In this document: positions 1-13,464 of the stretch, one piece after another
How positions within the stretch are numbered: position 1 is the first letter of the stretch
Layout of the letters: each line of letters opens with the position of its first letter
Assembly (NCBI GenBank): GCA_024679065.1
Contig: JAGIQG010000011.1
Span: forward strand, 4,464,001-4,528,000
Direction of reading: 5' to 3'
Source of the DNA: Sphyrna mokarran
Lineage: Eukaryota
Length of the DNA: 64,000 bases
Position numbers and translations under genes: made by a program
The notes under the pieces: generated by a model
Told to the model about the DNA's origin: nothing
Database searches by the model: none
The model's input: only the letters and a program-made list of their open reading frames with translations

Positions 1-114
1 TTGCTCGATTCCTAATGTTCATATAAAATTACTTCCATTCGCATTACTTGTATAATTTAAGGGGTAAACGTTCCACAGAAGCAGAGGGTAAATCATTTCA
101 TTCAACAATTAGAG

Positions 115-1208
115 ATGCAAGGACTGATTAGGTACAATCAGCATGGCTTTGTGAGTGGAAAATCATGCCTCACAAATCTGTTGGAGTTTTTTTGAAGGGG
201 TAACCAAGAAGGTGGATGAGGGCAGTGCAGTTGATGTTGTCTACATGGACTTTACCAAAGGCCTTTGACAAGGTACCGAATGGAAAGTTGTTGCCTAAGA
301 TTAAATCTTATAGGACCCAGGGTGAGGTATCTAAATGGATATAAAATTGGCTTCTTGAGAGAAGGGTGGTTGTAGAGAGTTGTTTTTCAAAAAGGAAGCC
401 TGTAATCAGCAGTGTGCCTCAGGGGTCAGTGCTGGGCCCACTGTTATTTGTCATTTATATTTGTGAGTTGAATGAGAATATAGGAGGCATGATTAGTAAG
501 TTTGCAGATGACACCAAAATTGGTGGCATAGTGGACAGTGAAGAAAGTTATCTCTGATTGCACTGGGATCTTGATTAATTAGGCCAATGGGCTGATGAAT
601 GACAAATAAAGTTTAATTTAGACAAATGTGAAGTAATGCATTTTGACAGACTGAATCAGGGCAGGACTTACTCAATTAATGGTAGGACGTTGGGGAGAGT
701 TACAGAGCAAAGAGATCGAGGGATACATATTCATAGCTCCTTGAAAGTGGAGTCACAGGTGGACAGAGTGGTGAAGGCGGCATTCAGCACGCTTGGTTTC
801 ATCGGTCAGAACATTGAATACAGGAGTTGGGACATCTTGTTGAAGTTGTATAGGAAATTGATAAAGCCACACTTGGAATACTCTGTGCAGTTCTGGTTAC
901 CCACTATAGAAAGGATATTATTAAACTAGAAAGAGTGCAGAAAAGATTTACTAGGATACTACTGGGACTTGATGATTTGAGTTATAAGTGAGACTGGATA
1001 GATTGGGACTTTTTTTGGAGTGTAGAAAGCTGAGGGGTAATTTTATAGAGGTCTTTAAAATAATGAGGGGCACAGATTAACTAGATACTCAATATCTTCG
1101 CTCAAAGGTAGGGGAGTCTAAAACTAGAGGGCAGAAATTTAAGGTGAGAAGCGAAAGACATGAAAATGTCCAGAGAGGCAATTTTTTCTCACAGAGGGCG
1201 GTGAATTC
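115..1208 (+). mobile_element. CR1 LINE fragment, degenerate ORF2 (RT)
   Basis: VPQGSVLGPLLF, KFADDTKIGG and PHLEY motifs broken by stops and frameshifts. Confidence 0.9.
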
Positions 1209-2330
1209 TGACACAAGAACATCTTCTCATTATTCTTTCTTTCCACCCCAGTTTGGCACATCAACAGATTTTTTTTTGCCTTATAAAACAGAAGTGTAAA
1301 AAGATCCTTAAAAATAAAATGAAAGGAACAATGAGTTAAATGTCCACAAGGTCTGTAATAAAACAAGGAGCAAGGAGCAGCAATATGATGTAAGTAACCA
1401 GAAACAGTGGGGGTCCTGAGACATGTTCTAGTATGCAAGGATGGTGGTTGGCTAACATTTTCCCTACATTTAATGAGATCCAAAGTATCCAAGGAACTAT
1501 AGAACTATACAGGCAACTGGTAGTAAGTCACTGGTAGTAAGAAATAACAGAATCCCCACTAAAGGGAGAAATAGATAAATATCCAGAAATCAAAACAGTA
1601 ATACTGAATAGTCAACATGGTTTTCAAAAGGGAAAGCCTTGCTTGTGCAAACACTTTGACTCTTTGAAGAGATGAGAGGGCAGACATGAATAATTCAGCA
1701 AATGTAAATATATCTTGATCTTCAAAAGGATATCAAAAGCGTTAAACCTTTAAGCTGTTGAATGATTGCTTTAAGAGGAGATCACGTGATTTTATGGTGA
1801 TGGTATGGGATGCCTTTTTCAATCTGTACTCTGTATAGGTCAGAGCTCCTAGAATAAATCTGTTGTGTGTTAGTTTGAATCTACATGTGCAAACTATGTC
1901 TTTTTCTTTATCTTTACAATCCACAACCCATAACATAGTTTGGGCTTTGTAAAAAGACAATTGATGATGTTCATCGACAACATTGAGAAATGATCCTAAG
2001 TAGAAGAAAAAACATTGAGTCCTCATACTGAGAATATCAGAAGGCTGGGGAGTACCAACAACAGAATTAAAGATTAAGATACCAATTCAGAAAGAGCAAG
2101 TATGAAAAAAACCTGTGGTTTTAAAAGAGGTTTTTTTTCCGGATGAGAAGGGTGAGATTTCAGGCAGTATCCGGCATATTTAAAAAGAGGTACTTTGCTG
2201 TAATGGCTTGAGTCATCTAATACAAAACATCAAGTCAATGATCACCAGGGTATAGAGGGAGTATTAGAAAGACAGTAAAAGAAAACATATACCATGCAGT
2301 CTTGAGTTGCCAATGCCTGCAAGAGAAATA

Positions 2331-2620
2331 ATGAATCAATTAGGATTCATGGACCCTTTCGACGAAGAAAATGAATCATGGAGTTCTGACGCTTAGTGTT
2401 TTTCGTACTTTGTAGAAGTGAATAAAATTGCAAACAAGTTGCTTGTACCAACTCTTTTCAATAGGAAGTAAAATTTTCTTCAGAGCTTGGTTCATTCAGC
2501 AAAGCTAAAAACCAAAACACAGGATGACTTGACAAAGACCCTTAAAGAGTATTACTCTCTAAAGCCACTGATCACTGTGCAACAGTTCAGATTCCACTGG
2601 GGGAAACAAGTGGAAGGTGA
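2331..2620 (+). mobile_element. Gypsy/Ty3 gag N-terminal remnant
   Basis: Reads MNQLGFMDPFDEENESW...KTLKEYYSLKPLITVQQFRFH, resembling the gag start of K02A2.6-like fish Gypsy elements; same strand as the pol remnant at 4800-6230. Confidence 0.55.
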
Positions 2621-4775
2621 TGTTTCTTCAGAAGGAACTCTTCAAAAAATGCAGAAAACATAACAAAACTGACTCCAGTTTATAAATCAAACAAAAGGTT
2701 TAATAAAGAAATATCACTACTCCTAACTTGAGCCCTGGGCCACTCCAAGCTTCCCTCAATTCTACATAGATTCTTATTTATAGTGAATCAGCTGACTATT
2801 ACATCACTCTGTAATTGGTTCCATGATTTACTGGGTCAGCTGATCCTTACATCTTGTTCCCATTGGTCACATTACATAGTTAATGTTAACTCCAATACAG
2901 AGTTGTCACCGGTTACATCCTAACAGATTCCTTTTATTTTAGTATCTTATTTTAATTTTTTTTCAAACTAATTTAAGACAACCATCCTCCAGTATTCTTA
3001 ATAACTTTCTGCACCTCTTTTTGTAAAAATAGTTGGATACCTGTAGATTTGCACTGATCCAGGCAAGTTTGGAAATTTCCTTGTTTTCCAGTATTTGCTT
3101 AATGATGGCCAAATCAATTCTGTCATTTTTCTGCTACACTTTTTGTTGAGTAAACATTGTCCCATCGATTGTTCACATACATTCAATTGGTACTTTCCTA
3201 CCTGATGTGCTCAAAAAAAAAATCTGCTCTGACAAATATATCCCCATATCCAATGCCTCCACTAACACTAGGGCTTCAGCCACCAATGTACTTTTGACTA
3301 CTCTTCTTATTTTCTTTGCTTCCCAGGCCAAGGGGCAACACTTTCTTTCCTTAGCTACCAGGGATATTATAAATCTAGCACCACATGAATGTCCATCTGG
3401 TAGATCGGCATGTGAAGCATCCTGAAACACAACCAATTTCATATCTTCTGATGCTCCTAGTTCTGGGAATTTAATTACTAATTCCTCTAATTTTAACATT
3501 TTAATATTTTATTAGCCTGCAAGACGTGACTGTGGCGTGCTTCAATATATTACTGAGCTCTAGGAGGTTAGAGTTCCCATCTGGTCTTTTCTGTGTGCAT
3601 ATCCAATTTAACTGTCCTATCATACTCCTCAACAACTGTTTCTTTTTTCATTGGCCTGTTTTTCTTTTCCCATTGATCTTTCTCTGATGATGGAAATAGG
3701 ATCAATACTGTTGAGGTATTCCTGTTGACTCATCGTTATAGCAGATGTGCCTTGCTGTAAACCAAGATATCGAAAAGCACCAACTGCTCGATTCCCTACT
3801 TTAAATTCTGTTTTCAGCTTCTCAATTATCCTTTTTGCAAATTCTTCTGTGCCACGCCATAGGAAATCATCCACATGCATCACAAAAATTCCAGCAAATT
3901 TTCCTTCCAGTAAAATGTTGCTCGGTTTGCTTTTAACTGGACACAGGTAGTCTTCAATAAGACAGATTGTACAGAGAAATACCAAATCCTTGATGCATCA
4001 AACCCATATATATGTATTTGTTCAATTTCCACAAATGCCCCTGTGTATCACTTGCTTCTTTGGGTGGCCTCAAAAAAACTTTTCTCTGAAATGTTTTGCC
4101 TTGAAGAAATGCTGCTTTGATATCAATTGATTTACGTATCCAATCAAGAGAAGTTAGAACAGTAAAAAAATTTTCAGTGTCACATTCCCTGCTGTGGATG
4201 ATTGAACCCTAATGTATCTCCCTTCCAAATGTTCCTCATATCCACGGGCTGCTAATCTGGCTTTAGCTTTATATGTTCCATCTTGCCAAAACATTCTCTG
4301 TATAAACCCCACTATGGGACAAAGCAGTCTGCCTTTCATCTCATACCATGGTGTACACCCCAAACTTCTTCCAACTGTCCAGTTCTCTTTGTTTGGCCTT
4401 TCTTACTTTTGTAAGCTCCATTTTGTTTGCAGCTATTAATTCTTTCTTATCATGGAGACTTCTACTCCTATTCTTTTCACTGATTTGATTCCTACTCTTC
4501 CCTGTTAAACTCCGACCTCTGCAGTCATGTGTATTTCTGTCAGGGCTGCTGCTCTCAGATTGCTGTTCTCTGTTGACACATCTTCAGTCACAGATTCGTG
4601 ACTTTTTTCTGGGTTCATAAATGTTTACTGTCTCATCCTCAGCACTTAGGTCTCATTTTTTTTTGTTTCCATCTGTCCATCCCATTTTCCCAATCTATGG
4701 CTTTGACTTCTTGACTTGCTCTTGGATGTTGAGCCAGTGTTTCTACTTTACTGGGGCCTTTCCTGCTTTCTATCA
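2621..4775 (-). mobile_element. Copia/Ty1 LTR retrotransposon remnant (RT-RNase H plus putative 3' LTR at about 2621-2925)
   Basis: Minus ORFs: KAKARLAARGYEE, VMHVDDFLW, FRYLGL, DASHADLPDG, AWEAKKIRRVVKSTLVAEAL. Purine-rich tract followed by TGTTA at 2925; candidate LTR ends ...AAACA at 2621. Confidence 0.85.
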
Positions 4776-4799
4776 TACAGGGTTAATCACATAGATTAT

Positions 4800-6230
4800 G
4801 GGTGATTCTGAAATTAAGCAGACAATCTAATAGGATGGAGGTTGATACTGCAGTATCTGTAACTCCTGAGATTACATATCAATAAAAGCTGAAGCATCTT
4901 CTTTTACAGCTAGCTGATGTGATTTTAAGGGTATTTTTGGAAGAGATCATGCCATTAAAATGTTACATCTAGGTCAATATAGAATTGAGTGGACAAACAA
5001 CAGGTTTGCCTCATCCTGTGGTCTATGATAATTTTCCAGCTCTATTTGGAGATCATGGTTGGAGAAGATGAAGCTTAAAGGAGCGCTGTCAACAAACTGG
5101 CTGATGCCAAAACAGACCTATAACACCTTCAGGATAAATACAAAAGTGTATTTGAATGGACACTTGGCTCAATGAAGGGACTTCAAATGAAACTCAGGAT
5201 AAAGACTAACAGTCACCCAAAATGACTCAAAGAAAGAGAGTTCCATATGCAATTTGTTCAAGGTCAAGGAAGAATTAATATGACTTGTTAACAATAATAT
5301 ATTAGAACCAGTTGCAATGAATGGGTGGGCTACTCCCATCATACCTGTCATAAAACCAGATGGTTCAGTTTGTATTGGTGATGATTTTAAAACAACCATA
5401 AATCCAGTGTTGTGTGCTGATCAATACACGTTTCCTTTAATTGAAGATTTGTTTACTGGGTTATCAGGTGGGCATAAATTCAATAATATTGATCTTTCAC
5501 AAGCAGATTTACAGATGAATGTAGCACTGAATCTCAACCACTTGTTCATAATGGTCTTTTTTGTTATAAAAGATTGTCTTTTGGAATAACATCCATGCCA
5601 GACCTATTCCAAACATCAAGCGATTTTAATTAGTTTCTCTGGTTACTTGGATGATATTCTCCTAAAAACATCCTATGAGCAGGAGTACTTGAATAATTTA
5701 GAAGCAACATTGGAACATCTTCAAGCACATGGTCTGCATATCAAGAAAGAAATATGTGACTTTTTCCAGATGTTAGTCCAGTATTTGGATTTTATTGTTA
5801 GTAAAAACCTATGTAAAGCACCTTAAAAAAGGTGGATGCTATTTTACAAGCACAACATCTGATGAAGGTGATGCAACTGAAGTCCTTTCTAGGATTGGTA
5901 AATTATTATGACAAATTTGTTTCCTAATTATTGAAGTCATTGCATAATTTGCCATGTGTGAAACATGGGACTGGACAACAGAAAGTGAGAAAGTATACAA
6001 AGATGTCACAGATGCTTTGCAGAAATCTGAAGTATTGGTTCATTTTAATCTGAAGTGATCATTACTGCTTGTTTGTGATGCTTCACCTTATGGAACAGGG
6101 ACAGACATTTCAAATATTATGCCTTTGGGAGAAGAATGACTAATAGTCATCTCTTTGTGTACTTTGACTAGTGCTGAATCTAACTATGCTCAACTAGCAA
6201 ATTAAGGATTGAATATATTTTTGGGAGTAG
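4800..6230 (+). mobile_element. Gypsy/Ty3 pol remnant (protease-RT-RNase H)
   Basis: MEVDT protease-like motif (about 4835), WATPIIPVIKPDGSV, YLDDILL (about 5644), CDASPYG and NYAQL; many stops. Confidence 0.88.
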
Positions 6231-6493
6231 GCCACCTGAGCCCTTTGAGTCTGTTTTGCCATTCAATAAGTATGACTTATCAGTAACCTCAACTCCATGC
6301 TCCTATTTACTTCTGTTAACCTTTCATCCCCTTATTTACCTTCATATTAAAAATACTAACTGTACAAAAATTTTCGTAAAACAATACACTGAAGACTTAG
6401 GACCTCTAAGTATGTTGTAGCAAATGAGAGGAATAATTCCCTTGGTTTGGATATGTAATTATCTTTTGAAATGGAGTAGGTGCACATTTAACC

Positions 6494-7192
6494 TAGAACA
6501 CTACAGCACAAACAGGGAATTCGGCCCAAAAGTTGCACCGATCATACCCATACCTACTAGGTCATAGAACCATCTGTAACTCCCAATCTCATTTAATCCC
6601 ATGTACTCATCCAGAAGTCTTTTAAAAGACCCCAATGAGTTTGCCTCCACCACCACTGACGGCAGCCGATTCCATTCACTCACCACCCTCTGAGTGAAAA
6701 ACTTAACCCTAACATCTCCTCTGTACTTGCTGCCCAGCACGTTAAACCTGTGTCCTCTCATAGCGACCATTTCGGCCCTGAGAAATAGCCTCTGAGAATT
6801 CCTACCCTATTTCTCTCTACATTTTATAAACCTCTATCAGGTTGCCTCTCAACCTTTGTCTCTCCAGGGAGAAGAGACCTAGCTCCCTCAACCTATCTTC
6901 ATAAGGCATGCCTCCCAATCCAGGCAACATCCTTGTAAATCTCCTCTGCACCCTCTCAACAGCTTCCATATCTTTCCTGTAGTGAGGCAACCAGAACTGC
7001 GCACAGTACTCCAAATGGGGTCTGACAAGGGTCTTATACAGTTGCAGCATTACCTTCCGCCTCTTAAACTCCAATCCCTCGATTAACGAAGGCCAGTACA
7101 CCATATGCCTTCTTGTCCACATCCTCCACTTGCGAGGCCAATTTAAGAGTCCTATGGACCCGGACCCCAAGATCCTTCCGCTCTTCAACACT
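6494..7192 (-). mobile_element. CR1 LINE 3' fragment
   Basis: LVRPHLEYCAQFW...FFTQRVV; 3' tail ending gtgttcta. Confidence 0.93.
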
Positions 7193-7616
7193 CAACATTT
7201 GCTCCCAAACCATTCTGCACACAGAATCCCTCCACAGCATAAACAGAAGAAAATTTGCAACTAATCTGTTTTCAGTGATCATATAGAATGAACTCAGTAG
7301 ATTTAAATAAAAAAGAATATTTTGCAGGAAATTCATCTTGGTGTCACTCTCCCAGGACTCTATGTGGCATTGTAATATAAAACTAGATTGTCAATACCTT
7401 TTGAAGCTCAGCATGATTGAATGAGTAAGGTTGGCTTATAGCATTGCCTGAAGGCACAAAATTGAGAGAACCACTTCAATGACACACAGTTTTGTGTTGT
7501 CTCCTGGTGATCTGTAATTTGCTGTAAATGCACAGGAAGAGTTTGAGGCAGTTAAGGCCAGCATTTGCATTAGCTAACATTGCAGGGATATATGGGGAAA
7601 AGCTCCTTTCAGAGAC

Positions 7617-8330
7617 AAAGAACAAAGAACAAAACAGCACGGGAAACAGGCCCTTCGGCCCAACGAGCCCACGCCGCCACTCCGATGCTCCCACCTCTAC
7701 CTGTGATCCCTATCTATGTTTATAGATCTAAGGATTAAAAAACCAAATTGGAGACAATTTAGGGAGAATTTGTTTTGCCAATTAGCCTAAGAGCACATTT
7801 TTGGGATGTGGGAGGAAACCGGAGCACCCGGAGAAAACCCATGCAAGCACGGGGAAAACATAGAGCATAGAACATTACAGCGCAGTACAGGCCCTTCGGC
7901 CCTCGATGTTGTGCCGGCCAGTGGACCCTCTAACCTAAACTATTCCAATATCATCCATATGCCTATCCACCGACCATTTGAATGCCCCCAAAGTAGGCTC
8001 GTCCACAACTGCTGCAGGCAGGGCATTCCACGCCCTCACCACCCTCTGTGTAAAGAACCTGCCTCTGACATCCGTCCTATAACTACCGCCTCTTAATTTA
8101 AAGTTATGTCCCCTCGTGTTGGTCATCCCATCCGAGGAAAAAGGCTCTCACTATCCACTCCATCCAGTCCTTTGATCTTATACGCCTCAATTAGGTCACC
8201 GCGTAACCTTCTTCTCTCTAATGAAAATAACCTCAGGTCCCTCAGAGAATGCACAAACTCCCACAGACACAGGCCCAAATCCATGTATCTGCACAGCACA
8301 GCGATAGTCACTGAGCTGTCGTGTTGCCCA
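7617..8330 (-). mobile_element. V-SINE (HE1-like) subfamily copy with (TTCTTTG)n tail, split by a CR1 insertion
   Basis: V-domain core ggagtttgtgcattctc...ggtttcctcccac on the minus strand; GGCCGAAGGGCC stem-loop tail; near-identical copies at 16469 and 63753. Confidence 0.8.
7859..8245 (-). mobile_element. Young CR1 3' fragment nested in a SINE
   Basis: LRDLRLFSLERRRLRGDLIE / GRFFTQRVV; (GTTCTAT)-like tail; SINE sequence resumes at gagaatgcac. Confidence 0.92.
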
Positions 8331-9594
8331 TCAAATGGTCCAGGTCAAGCGTATACTAACGACGTGAAGCACTAGGATACTCTCGAAAAAATCCAAGAGC
8401 AGCCCTCTCACGAGCCATTGCGTGTACGCCCCTCGTTAGACAACAAGGTGGACCAAAGCACCTGTAGGATAAAAACAAGTACATCAATATCATCATCTAT
8501 TTACACACATCCCAGGGACTCCCAAGACTCATGATCCCTATTTTAAATCAGTTTTCTATACCCCTCCATTCCCATTCTGTTCATGTGCCTAAGTATTTCT
8601 TAAATAACTCCAGAGTGCCTGCCATTGATATAGTAATTATATTACAGTTTCTGAGCCTGCCACAGCTAAGAATATGGAACAATGACAAAGTAGCATCACA
8701 AATTATTCTTACCTTCATGCCGGCTATAATTCTGATTCTTCAGAATGGTGAGTGATGTGTTAAGTAGGTATGTATAACATTTAATATAACCCTCAAGCAT
8801 TCATGCAGTAATATCATTAGTAAATCTTTCTGGGTTTATATGTAGTCAGTCATATATATCCCTATCGTGCATCAAAACCAGTGTACCTAAACATTTTATG
8901 TGCGTTTAAATGGCCAGCTTCTACTATCTATACACACTGGCACTTGAGGCATCATTGGGATATACATGATAGATCATATACAAGCCTAGAAAGAATTATT
9001 GCTGATATCAGTGGATGAATGTTTGAGGTTTTTATTTCTGTCAAACTATTTAATGGAGAAGTTAATTTATAACTTGTTCACTGTTCAATACCTTTGCTAA
9101 AACACTGGATGGGTGAATATCAGATAAATGCATCCAGTGTCCATCTGCCAGTATTGGCATTATTGATTTATCAGCTAAGATGTCAAAGCACATAATCACC
9201 AATAGTCTAGATTTTGGAGGATCAGGAGCATGTACTTGTGTAAGTATAAAATGACTGTGCTGCCCAACTAGTTCTGCATTTCTGTTACTTAAACATTTCC
9301 ATTTGAGCAGAATCGCAGCAACTGAAATCTCTTGTGTTGTATCTCCACAAAAACATTTTTATTCTCTGAGTTTATAAAGAGTCCTCTGATAAACGTTACT
9401 GATAGCAGATACTTTCTAAAAAACAAATTAGCTGCCACTTATGTAGGGCTAAGTACAATTACTCTCAATTTACAGCACTAATCCGGCCATTATAGTTCTC
9501 CTTTGACATACGAGCTGTTTCAGCAGTTTTAAGTACAAAAACATTTTTAACATTATACAGCCATAATAACTTCTCAATGTTAAAATCCTTAGGA

Positions 9595-10100
9595 ATGACA
9601 GTCAGCCATTTAGCTACTCACACCTGTTGCACAATTCAATTTGCTTATACCTGATCTCCACCTTAACTCAACGTATCTGTTTTACCTAACCAAAATCTCA
9701 GGCACAAAGACCTTGAGTTTTGAGTATTTCAATTGATCCACCTTTTTCAGGAAGTTCCAGATCTCCACTATCCTTTGTGTAAAAAGTGCTTCCTGATTTC
9801 GTTTGAAACAGACCACTCTAAATTTAAGATGGAAACCCTTGCCCCATATTCTTCGTGAAAGGAAATAATTTCTGTGTTTCTACCTTATTAAATCCCTTTA
9901 TTATTGTTTGATTAGAAAACTTCTTAACCGTCTGAATGAAGAAGAAATCAACTACATGCAACCTGCTCTTATGTCATAAATCTGGCATTATTCTACTGAA
10001 TCTGTACCAAACTCTTTCAAGGCCAATATTTATTTTTTTAAGGTGCAGTGTCTAAAATTGAACACAGTATTCTAGATGGGGTCTGGCCAAGGCTCGAGAA
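9595..10100 (-). mobile_element. Old degenerate CR1 3' fragment
   Basis: Diverged match to the CR1 C-terminus (aattgaacacagtattctagatggggtctg = reverse of the RPHLEYCVQF region). Confidence 0.6.
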
Positions 10101-10781
10101 AAACTACACCAACTACAGTGATTTTTATATGTGGACAGGCTGTTTGGAAATTTCTGGAATGTAAACTAATTTTCAAAATGAAACTTTAGGCCAGATTTTG
10201 TGCCAACACATTCTACCTGGCCCATCTAGAAAAATGGTGGGCCAGATCTGGAAGTCTCCCATGGCAGATCCCATTTTTTTGTCAGCAGGGGGAGGGATCT
10301 GAATTGTACAAACATGGATCACAAAACTTCTGGGCCTTTTGAAATTAGTGCTAACTTGAAACAGAACCTATTTTCATTGTTCCAAAGGCCTTAACCTGCA
10401 GTGTGAAAACCACAAATTTATGAAGGCAGCATTAATGTTCTGAAGGTGAACTTCGGTCTGTTTAAGTGTCATGATAGAGTTAATATGAATATCTAATTTC
10501 ATGATTCATATGTTTAAAGAGTCTAACATTTAGTTTGGGGATTAAAATTTTTAAATGTAAAATAAATGAAAACACCTGGGGCGGGATTTTATGGCCTCAC
10601 TTGGGAGACAGTGGGAATTCCCTCCTGAGATCAATGGAGGTTTCTATTGCCAGATCCTCACCTGCACCAGTTCCGTGGCGGACGAGGTGGTAGAGTTCAG
10701 GCCATAGTGGGAGAAGCGAGTAAACAGATCTAAAGTAATTGCAAATCACAGGGCAGCCTATGTTTATATTGAAAAACTCAC

Positions 10782-11572
10782 TGTTGTAGGTTTTGGAAAT
10801 TAAGTAATGGACTGTCTTCCTGGCGGAGATGGGATGTTTTCAACAGTTTCAATAAGGAGTTTAATTATTCATATAGTTTCCCAGACCAAAGGTTTCGGAT
10901 GGGAGATAATTAGTACGTCTCTATTTGGGATATCCCAAGCATGCCATGTTGCCACAAGGATGTATTGCACAATTTTGCTTTCATTTGGGGTTTTACCTGG
11001 GTGGTTTTTCACTGAAAGAAGAAGCTGAAGTCTGGGCCAGGCACAGTTTGGAGACGGAATAGAATTTGCTAGGATTTGCTGGAGGTTGCATGGATTTCAG
11101 GAACCAGGAGTGATTCCAATTTGGAGTCACTAAGCAAGAAAGCATTGAAGTTTATGGAGACACTACATTTATAAGGTGTTAAAGAGTTGGAGAATTGGCT
11201 TAGCCAGATGCTAGTCGAAGGATCTCAATAAATCTCAGAACTCAGAGAATGGAGGGAACATTGAGGAGAATGAAAGTGAATTTGTGAGAGTAATGGCACA
11301 CCTTTGTTTGGTCCCAGGAAAATTGAAGGACCCCTTATGATCCTGTAAAGAATACTTTTGGAAGGGCATAAAAGGAGGATGGGAACTGCTCTGTTGAGAT
11401 ATTTGGGTCTAACGTACAAGTTTTTAGAAAATATAGTGTTAAGTTATTATAGTTTAATTCTGTTATATTAAATGTTTTGTTTAAAACATGAAATCTGGCG
11501 TAATCCTTTTAGTTTTGACTAGGAGTCTGAATTTCTTTTTAAAAGTTACTAATCTCCACCAAGATCATAACA
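10782..11572. mobile_element. Possible solo LTR
   Basis: Starts TGTTG and ends gatcataaCA with an LTR-like 3' segment; no TSD seen. Confidence 0.3.
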
Positions 11573-13464
11573 AAGCAAAATAAAAATATCTCTGTTGGAA
11601 TACATTTTATTGAGAGGCCATCTGGATTAAACTATGAAAAAAATTATTATTTCAATAGACTTTATTGTTTAGATTTCTCAAGGTTTGTTACTATAGCTGA
11701 GCCCATTATATGGGCAACTGAATTTCAAAAGATCCAGAACAACTTATGTTAAACAGCATTAGTGTAGATATTGTGATTCACAGTTTTAAGAGGTAATTGA
11801 AGGATGAGATGCCTTTAATGTAATTTAAATGTTGGATAAAAATGTTTGTTTTTATGACAGATTGACCACTTGTGGGAATTTACATTTTTGAATGGGTTTC
11901 ATGAATGAACATATTTTTCAATATTAAGTAGGTTTGAGTAAGGCTCCCATTGGATTGTTAAAATTTAGTTTAAAAAAATTTCTCCATAGCTCCTGATGAC
12001 TGCCGTTAGCAGGTACTCGGTGAATGGCAATGGAGGATACATGGGAAACATGATCTGGGTATGGGGAGAGAGGGTGGGGTGGCTAGGTGAGGCAGTGAGA
12101 GGATGTGAGAGCTAGAGGGCCTTAAAGACTTTAATATAACTAGGCCAAAACTCAAGAGCATGGAGGCAGGCTTTCTAGCCAGCCTACCTTGGCACTTGTC
12201 CACTCCATGGTTGTCTCTGAACTGTCCTGAATCCATCCCACCTCCTGCAACCTGGAACAAAAACATGGTGGGCCGGTTTAAAGGAGATGAACCAGCCATG
12301 TCAGGAAATGTTCTAACTTGACCTTCAAGTTCATTGGTGAAAATCTAGCCCTTTCTGTTTTTCACTTTTCATAATGTGGAAGTGGAAGATATTTTTACCA
12401 GCAGCAAAGCATAACTCAGGGTTTCAACAATAATCCCTGTCACACCAGAATGGAGATTCCGGGTATGAATAGCACTCTCATTACTGTATTCATTACTCAG
12501 GATGCCTTATCTGTTCATTTCACAGATATTCCCTGAATATTTCCAGAATTTTTGTTTCAGATTTCCAGCATCCAAAGGATTTTGTCCTGTTTTCCTATCT
12601 CATATCATGACCACATCTAGATCTTAGCGAAATGGAGCCAACTATGCTTTTAAACATTATAGACACTAAAAAGCACAATTGCTGGAGTGTTCATGTGGTA
12701 ACTTCAGCTTGGAGCTTCACTTGAAAAGAGTGATAGTGGAAATTAGGATTGCAGCATTGTAGCTCTGTATCTCAAGCATCCCAGTGGGAACATGGGATTA
12801 GATGGTTGAGTTCACGCTGGTCTCTGTGACCCATGTTCAATTTCTCAAGCAGTTTGATGAATAGCTATGGAGGATTGGTGGGTGATAGGAAATAGGAATG
12901 GGGTTTGGGTATAAGAGACATGTAGGTGGGTAAGGAATGAGAGGGTGTAAGGGTGAGGGCTAATGGGCTGAATATCTTTTGGTAGAACTGAGTCAAAGGC
13001 AGGACTTCTAACCAGCCTATCTTGTCATTTGCCAATCTCCCTGTCTGTCTCTGAACTGCCTCCAGAGGTGATGGATCTGACCCCATCCCACGAAACCTTC
13101 TCAGAACATAAATATGGTGGCCGGAAACCCTTTTAAACAAGGTTGGTCGTCATTGCAGTATTTGAAAAATGCTGCTCCACATGCTTCAGCCACAGAGAAT
13201 TCTCGATAATCAACTGTGGCATTTATTTAACATATCCTACTCGTCCTTTTTCAGATATGTTATCAATCTTTACCTACCTATATGCATCTCCTGTGACTAC
13301 GTTACTCTAACTTTTTTTGTGGAAGTCACTCATTACGTTCCATTACTGAAGCTGACATATGACTACCCAATGTCAACGTTAAGTTGAAAGTGAGGTGGTT
13401 TCATGGTCTAAACTGTTCTTCATAAATGTGTTTATGATTTTATCATAGGACACATGCAACAAAA

